From a virus, in the IMG/VR virus record IMGVR_UViG_3300037502_002729, positions 1-64,000 of that record: DNA of 64,000 nt; one strand, written 5' to 3'. How positions within the stretch are numbered: the stretch's first letter is position 1; each line of letters starts with the position of its first letter. Under the pieces are notes generated by a model, which did no database searches, was not told the DNA's origin, and worked only from the letters and a program-made list of their open reading frames with translations. This document shows positions 58,310 to 64,000 of the stretch, one piece after another. A program made the translations under genes and the position numbers.

Positions 58310-59655
58310 TGAAGAACATAGACAAACTAATCAACAAAAAATTAAGAGAACAATTAGAATACACTGGTCCTGAACGCATGGATCCTAGATTGGAGAAAAA
58401 ACTTGCAGACCCAAATTCTATGTTTGGACAAAACCCCGCCTTAAAGAGGGGGGCATTAGATGTTCAAAAACTATATAGCCGTTCATTTAATGATGTATTA
58501 AATAGGGTTAGAAGAATTGCAGGTAAAGAAACTTTAACAGCAAATGAATTAGTTTCAATTGTAACATCAAGAGTATATCAGAATGCTGCTGCAATTCAAC
58601 AATTAGAATCTAGGTATAGTGATGAACTAGTTGAACTAGCAATTAGTGAAACATTAAATGAAATGGAAGTTAGTGATGATGAGTTTATCATTAATGCTAC
58701 TTTAGGAATGCCAGGCAATGATGTTGTTGGTAAAATGAGAAAAGAAAAAGATAAAATTAAACAAGAATTATCACCAGAAGAAGAAGAAGAATTATCAAAT
58801 GAAGTTTTCAAAAGGGATATTATCAATGCTATCATTGGTGGGGTTGCAAGGAAAACTCATTACATATATGAGAAGCCAGAGGTTAAAGCACAATTAGATG
58901 CAATTAACCCAAAATTATACCAACTATACTCAACAACAGTTCCTTTAATTGATGCATTATATTTCTTGAATGAAGGTATGATGGATATGGCAGCAAAAGG
59001 TGGTGGAGTTTCAGCTGCTGTTGATGTTGATGATGAAGAAGATCCAGAAACTGGTGAAACAAAGACTGTAATCAATGCAACAGCATTTATGTTTCCAATA
59101 TTATGTCATGAAATTGCAAAGGGGATTGAAGAGGCATTAGCAAAGCATGGTTATCCTAGTGATGATAATATGGCTAATATGACATTAGGTCAAGCAGACA
59201 CATTAAAATCAGAAACAGAAGGTTTAAGAATTGGTCCAGCCATTTTGGAAAAAATAAGAAATATTTTACCTACCGAATTATTTGATAAATCAGATATTGG
59301 TTTGATTAGGTTTTTCTTTGTTGAGTTATATAAAACACCAGCAGATGAATTTATTAATTTAATGAAATATGTAATATCAGATACACCATCTGACCAAGAC
59401 TATGCAAAAAGAGAATTTGATGGATTAATTGAACAAGCTAAAGTTAGTAAAGAGAGATATCTTGATTACTTACAAAGCCAATATATGGATGATATGGATA
59501 TAGATGATGAAGATGCTTATGATGGTAGTGGATTTGCTCCTAATCAAGCACCAGATGATTATACTGGTGGTAAGCAAACAAATTTTGACCCCTCAGATTT
59601 TGAGGACATATCACTTGATGAGTTATTGAAAGATTTAAATATTAGAAGAAATTAA
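58309..59655 (+). CDS. hypothetical late protein
   Basis: 448 aa; PILCHEIAKG; acidic tail. Confidence 0.65.
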   Translation: MKNIDKLINKKLREQLEYTGPERMDPRLEKKLADPNSMFGQNPALKRGALDVQKLYSRSFNDVLNRVRRIAGKETLTANELVSIVTSRVYQNAAAIQQLESRYSDELVELAISETLNEMEVSDDEFIINATLGMPGNDVVGKMRKEKDKIKQELSPEEEEELSNEVFKRDIINAIIGGVARKTHYIYEKPEVKAQLDAINPKLYQLYSTTVPLIDALYFLNEGMMDMAAKGGGVSAAVDVDDEEDPETGETKTVINATAFMFPILCHEIAKGIEEALAKHGYPSDDNMANMTLGQADTLKSETEGLRIGPAILEKIRNILPTELFDKSDIGLIRFFFVELYKTPADEFINLMKYVISDTPSDQDYAKREFDGLIEQAKVSKERYLDYLQSQYMDDMDIDDEDAYDGSGFAPNQAPDDYTGGKQTNFDPSDFEDISLDELLKDLNIRRN

Positions 59656-59669
59656 TAAAAAAAATATTT

Positions 59670-59704
59670 AAAACCCCAATCTTTAATTAGGTTGGGGTTT
59701 TTTT
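59670..59704 (+). terminator. intrinsic terminator
   Basis: AAAACCCCAATCT...AGGTTGGGGTTTTTTT. Confidence 0.7.
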
Positions 59705-59734
59705 ATTTTGTGTGTATTTATAAAAAAAGAGAAT

Positions 59735-61486
59735 ATGACAAGAGACCAAGTATTAATTGAATCTGCTAAATGCATAAAAAGTACACCATACTGTTTAAAG
59801 ACTTATTTGCAGACATATGATAATACTGTAAAAAAATATGTTCCATTAGATTTATTTCCAGACCAGATTAAACTAATTGAGGATTTTGATACATATAATG
59901 AAAATATAGCACTAAAATATAGACAAGCAGGTGTGTCAACAGTAACTGCTGCTTGGATATCAAAAAGGTTGGCATTTGCAAATAGAAATAAACCTGAGAA
60001 AATATTGATTATTGCAAATAAATTGGATACTGCTGTGGAAATGGCAAATAAAGTTAGGCATTTTACAGAACAATGGCCAAATTGGGTTGGTATTGGATTT
60101 TCATCAGAAAAAAACTCTGCAAGGCATTTTAAATTGAATAATGATTGTGAGGTTAAGGCAGTAGCAACATCAAAAGACGCATTAAGGGGTTATACCCCCA
60201 CCACATTAATATTTGATGAGGCAGCATATATTGATGCTGATCCTGACTTCTGGGCAGCATCTATGGCATCCCTATCAACAGGTGGTAAAGTTGTTGTGAT
60301 ATCAACACCTAATGGATATGACCCAATATATTATGAGATATATGATCAAGCATTGCGTAATGTTAATGATTTTAAAATCACAGAAATGGTTTGGTATAGA
60401 GATCCAAGATATACCAAAGATTTGTATATGGTGAAAACAAAAGATATGATTCATTATCTTTTGAATAAAGAAGAGTATAGCAAAGATGATATAATTGATT
60501 TATCACATGAGAGTTCTTATGATAGAGACCATCAGAGAGTTATTGAATATATTGAAGAAGGTTATAAGCCATGTTCATCTTGGTATGAAGGAATGGTTAA
60601 AAAACTTAAATATGATAAGAGAAAAGTATCACAAGAGATTGAGAGTAATTTCTTGGGGTCAGGGGATAATGTATTTGATTCTGAATTATTAATGAATATA
60701 TCAAAAAACTATTTGGCAAATCCAATATCAAAATTGATGGGAAATAGTTTATGGATGTTTAAAGAACCAGAAAATGGTCATAGGTATGTTGCAGGTGTTG
60801 ATGTATCAAGAGGAGATTCAGAAGATTTTTCTGTAATTCAAATAATTGATTTTGATGCTCAAGAACAAGTTTTGGAATATGTTGGCAAAATACCTCCGGA
60901 TATATTGGCTGAAGTTGTTTATAAATGGTGTTCATTATATAAGGCATTTGTTGTTGTTGATTTAACAGGCGGAATGGGTGTGGCAACATCTAGGAAACTA
61001 CAAGAAATGAATTATCCAAGTTTATATTATGATAATATTGATTCAGGAAATAAATGGAAATATGACCCAAAAATAAATGAAAGAATACCAGGAATAAATT
61101 TTAATAATAAAAGAGTTCAAATGATTGCTTCATATGAGGAAGCTCTAAGACATAACTTTAAGATTTATTCAAATAGACTATACAATGAAATGAATACGTT
61201 TATATATATAAATGGAAGACCAGATCACCAAAAAGGACATCATGATGATTGTATTATGGCAATTGCTATGGCAACATTTGTTGCTGAAAAATCATTCCAG
61301 AATTTGGAAAAAGTAACAAACCATACAAAAGCAATGATTAATTCTTGGAGTACTTTTACAAACACATACACAGAACAATCTTTATTTTTTAACCCAATGA
61401 TTCCAAGTAGTGGACCTAGAAAAATAAAAAATGAACCAAATGTAAATGATTATCAAAAATATAATTGGCTATTTGGTGTTAGATAA
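59735..61486 (+). CDS. terL: terminase large subunit (T4 gp17-like)
   Basis: KYRQAGVST Walker A, LIFDEAA Walker B, ISTPNG, GVDVSRG, HDDCIMA; TATTTATA at 59715. Confidence 0.93.
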   Translation: MTRDQVLIESAKCIKSTPYCLKTYLQTYDNTVKKYVPLDLFPDQIKLIEDFDTYNENIALKYRQAGVSTVTAAWISKRLAFANRNKPEKILIIANKLDTAVEMANKVRHFTEQWPNWVGIGFSSEKNSARHFKLNNDCEVKAVATSKDALRGYTPTTLIFDEAAYIDADPDFWAASMASLSTGGKVVVISTPNGYDPIYYEIYDQALRNVNDFKITEMVWYRDPRYTKDLYMVKTKDMIHYLLNKEEYSKDDIIDLSHESSYDRDHQRVIEYIEEGYKPCSSWYEGMVKKLKYDKRKVSQEIESNFLGSGDNVFDSELLMNISKNYLANPISKLMGNSLWMFKEPENGHRYVAGVDVSRGDSEDFSVIQIIDFDAQEQVLEYVGKIPPDILAEVVYKWCSLYKAFVVVDLTGGMGVATSRKLQEMNYPSLYYDNIDSGNKWKYDPKINERIPGINFNNKRVQMIASYEEALRHNFKIYSNRLYNEMNTFIYINGRPDHQKGHHDDCIMAIAMATFVAEKSFQNLEKVTNHTKAMINSWSTFTNTYTEQSLFFNPMIPSSGPRKIKNEPNVNDYQKYNWLFGVR

Positions 61487-61497
61487 ATTAAAATATT

Positions 61498-63354
61498 ATG
61501 GAGAGCAATAAAAATCAAAATTTAACAGTTTGGCAAAGGTTATCTGCAACTTTTGGTCCAAATTCATTATTAAGTCAAGATGTTCCAACATATAAGTTTG
61601 ACAAAAAAGAATTGTTAAGAACTCAAAATAAACTTGATTATGAAAGGGAACGTTTACAAGCACAACAATCATTCTACTTATCAAACCAATGGGCAAAAAT
61701 TGACAATCATTTATATACACAAGCAGTTTACTATGAACCAACAAGATTGGCCTCAGTTTATGATTTTGAATCAATGGAATTTACGCCAGAAATAGGTGCA
61801 GCATTGGATATATATGCAGAAGAGTCAACAACAACAGATGAAGATGGGCATATGTTGCAAATATATTCTGAATCAAAAAGAATAAAATCAGTATTGGCTG
61901 ACTTATTCAATAACATTTTGGATATAAATACATCATTACCAATGTGGACAAGAAATACTTGTAAGTTTGGTGATAATTTTGTCTTTTTAAAATTAGATCC
62001 TGAGAAAGGTATTGTTGGTTGTAATCAATTACCAAATATTGAGATTGAAAGATTAGAGCCAGGTAGTTCAGAAAAATCTCCAAATTATGGTGAAATGTCA
62101 TCAAGCAATGAAACATTGAAATTTAAGTGGAAGAATAAACAAATGGAATTCCAACCTTGGGAAATTGCACATTTTAGAATATTAGGTGATGATAGAAAAT
62201 TACCATATGGAACATCATTATTGGAAAAAGCAAGACGTATATGGAAACAACTTTTGTTGGCAGAAGATGCTATGTTGATTTATAGAACATCAAGAGCACC
62301 AGAAAGAAGGGTGTTTAAGGTGTTTGTTGGAAATATGGATGATAATGATGTTGAAGCATATGTACAACGTGTTGCAAATAAATTTAAAAGGGAACAAATT
62401 GTTGATGGTAAAACAGGAAATGTTGATATGAGATTTAATCAAATGGCTGTTGACCAAGATTATTTTGTTCCAGTTAGGGATCCAGGTCAAGTAAGTCCAA
62501 TTGAAACTTTACCAGGTGGAACTAATTTAGGTGAAGTTGCTGATATTGAATATATACAAAAGAAATTGGTAACAGCACTAAGAATTCCAAAAACATTTTT
62601 AGGGTTTGAAGATGTAGTTGGTGATGGTAAAACATTGTCATTACAAGATATTAGATTTGCAAGAACCATAAATAGAATACAAAAATGTATGATATCTGAA
62701 CTAAACAAGATTGCAATTATACATTTATTTTTGTTAGGGTTTGAAGATGAACTTTCAAATTTTACATTAGGTTTAACAAATCCATCAACTCAAGCAGATT
62801 TATTAAAAATTGATATATGGAAAGAAAAAATTGGTCTATATCAACAAGCAGTTGCTGATCCTGGAACAGGTATTGCCCCAACATCTACAACTTGGGCTAA
62901 AAAACATATTTTTGGTTGGTCAGATGAGGAAATTAGATTAGATTTACAACAACAAAGAATTGAGAGAGCAGCTGGTGAAGAATTAAAACAAACACCATTA
63001 ACTATAAAGAAAACTGGATTATTTGATAATATTGACAAATTATATGGTGCAGTTAGTGGTACAACAACTGGTACACCACCACCACCTCCACCCCCAGGCG
63101 GAATGGATATGGGTGGAATGGATTTGGGTGGAATGGATATGGGGGCACCTCCACCTCCTCCAGCACCAGAATTAGGTGGTGGAGAAGCACTACCACCACC
63201 TGAACCTGGATTGGCTCCAGAGTCAAGAATACGTAATTTGAATATTCTTCTTGAAAATAATACTATTGATAGTGGCGGTTATAAATCATTAGAAAAAAGT
63301 AGAAAATCTTTAGGTGTTATTGAGAAAGAATTAAAAAAGTTATTAAACTTATAA
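61498..63354 (+). CDS. portal protein (T4 gp20-like)
   Basis: QLLLAEDAMLIYRTSRAPERRVF, DYFVP, IETLPGG, ALRIP. Confidence 0.92.
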   Translation: MESNKNQNLTVWQRLSATFGPNSLLSQDVPTYKFDKKELLRTQNKLDYERERLQAQQSFYLSNQWAKIDNHLYTQAVYYEPTRLASVYDFESMEFTPEIGAALDIYAEESTTTDEDGHMLQIYSESKRIKSVLADLFNNILDINTSLPMWTRNTCKFGDNFVFLKLDPEKGIVGCNQLPNIEIERLEPGSSEKSPNYGEMSSSNETLKFKWKNKQMEFQPWEIAHFRILGDDRKLPYGTSLLEKARRIWKQLLLAEDAMLIYRTSRAPERRVFKVFVGNMDDNDVEAYVQRVANKFKREQIVDGKTGNVDMRFNQMAVDQDYFVPVRDPGQVSPIETLPGGTNLGEVADIEYIQKKLVTALRIPKTFLGFEDVVGDGKTLSLQDIRFARTINRIQKCMISELNKIAIIHLFLLGFEDELSNFTLGLTNPSTQADLLKIDIWKEKIGLYQQAVADPGTGIAPTSTTWAKKHIFGWSDEEIRLDLQQQRIERAAGEELKQTPLTIKKTGLFDNIDKLYGAVSGTTTGTPPPPPPPGGMDMGGMDLGGMDMGAPPPPPAPELGGGEALPPPEPGLAPESRIRNLNILLENNTIDSGGYKSLEKSRKSLGVIEKELKKLLNL

Positions 63355-63376
63355 TATTTATAAAAAAAAGAAAAAT

Positions 63377-64000
63377 ATGAAATTTGGCAAATTAAAAACA
63401 ACCATTGAGAATGATCTTTCAGAATCAATAAAAGATAGAAAGGTTTTTAAAGAAAATATTAAAAATTTTAAAAAGCATATATTAGGTGATAAAAATTTAT
63501 CCAAACTATATGTTCTATATGGTGATTTATCTAAACCTAGGGGTTTGAATGAAGTTGATGCAAAAAATTACTTGGATGAAGGTATTGATTGGGCAAAAAA
63601 GTTGATAAAAAAATCAAAAACACCATTGATATTAAATGGTTCAAATAACAATAATTATGAAGACATTGATAAATTGGTTTACGAAACAATCAATAATATT
63701 GATGAGCAGATTAAGGTTAAAAATAGAATATTGGAGACAATAAAAAAACCATTAGTTACTAATGAAAATATTATTAATATACCAATAAAATCTATGGTTA
63801 AGATTGCAAATAACAAAATTAGTGAGTATATAAATACTCTAAATGAGGAAACAAAAAAAGAAATATTAATACTTTTGAAAGAAGATAAAAATAAATTAAA
63901 CTTGGATTTTAATCAATTAAAAGAAGATGTTAGTAAAAAATTAAATGATTTATTGATTACTGAAAAGAATAGTGATGTTAGTTCAAAAATACTAAAAGCA
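63377..64000 (+). CDS. hypothetical protein (truncated by window end)
   Basis: MKFGKLKTTIEN..., open to the end of the window; TATTTATA at 63355. Confidence 0.6.
   Translation, partial: MKFGKLKTTIENDLSESIKDRKVFKENIKNFKKHILGDKNLSKLYVLYGDLSKPRGLNEVDAKNYLDEGIDWAKKLIKKSKTPLILNGSNNNNYEDIDKLVYETINNIDEQIKVKNRILETIKKPLVTNENIINIPIKSMVKIANNKISEYINTLNEETKKEILILLKEDKNKLNLDFNQLKEDVSKKLNDLLITEKNSDVSSKILKA

Noticed and set aside
1-64000. Alternative genetic code (TAG or TGA recoding)
   Set aside because: Conserved genes are full length in code 11, and TAG and TGA both end genes at sensible positions

Overview
Very AT-rich fragment of a large (jumbo-type) tailed phage with T4-like head genes: terminase large subunit and gp20-like portal at 59.7-63.4 kb. 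The host is most likely in Bacteroidota, judged from TTTG-N19/20-TAnnTTTG promoters, the general absence of Shine-Dalgarno sites and a protease with a T9SS-like C-terminal domain. The window holds five orphan DNA methyltransferases, tRNA-Pro, tRNA-fMet, a tmRNA with a long tag, ClpP, an N-terminally truncated ClpC, Hsp20, ThyX, an RNA ligase, several peptidoglycan hydrolases and holin-like proteins, and many hypothetical late proteins. The most notable unexplained structures are: (1) three small intergenic elements (20.3, 40.3 and 41.6 kb) that are mutually complementary, one carrying an extended Shine-Dalgarno matching the Bacteroidota 16S 3' end; (2) eight paralogous 20-aa leucine-rich-repeat proteins with fixed caps and variable repeats; (3) a shared N-terminal [LI]-x-E leader on about 20 unrelated proteins, suggesting head packaging and processing; (4) a TATTTAT(A) late-promoter motif; and (5) a sigma54-like promoter with three operator boxes spaced exactly 31 bp apart, upstream of hsp20. 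All calls come from motif reading only; no database searches were run.
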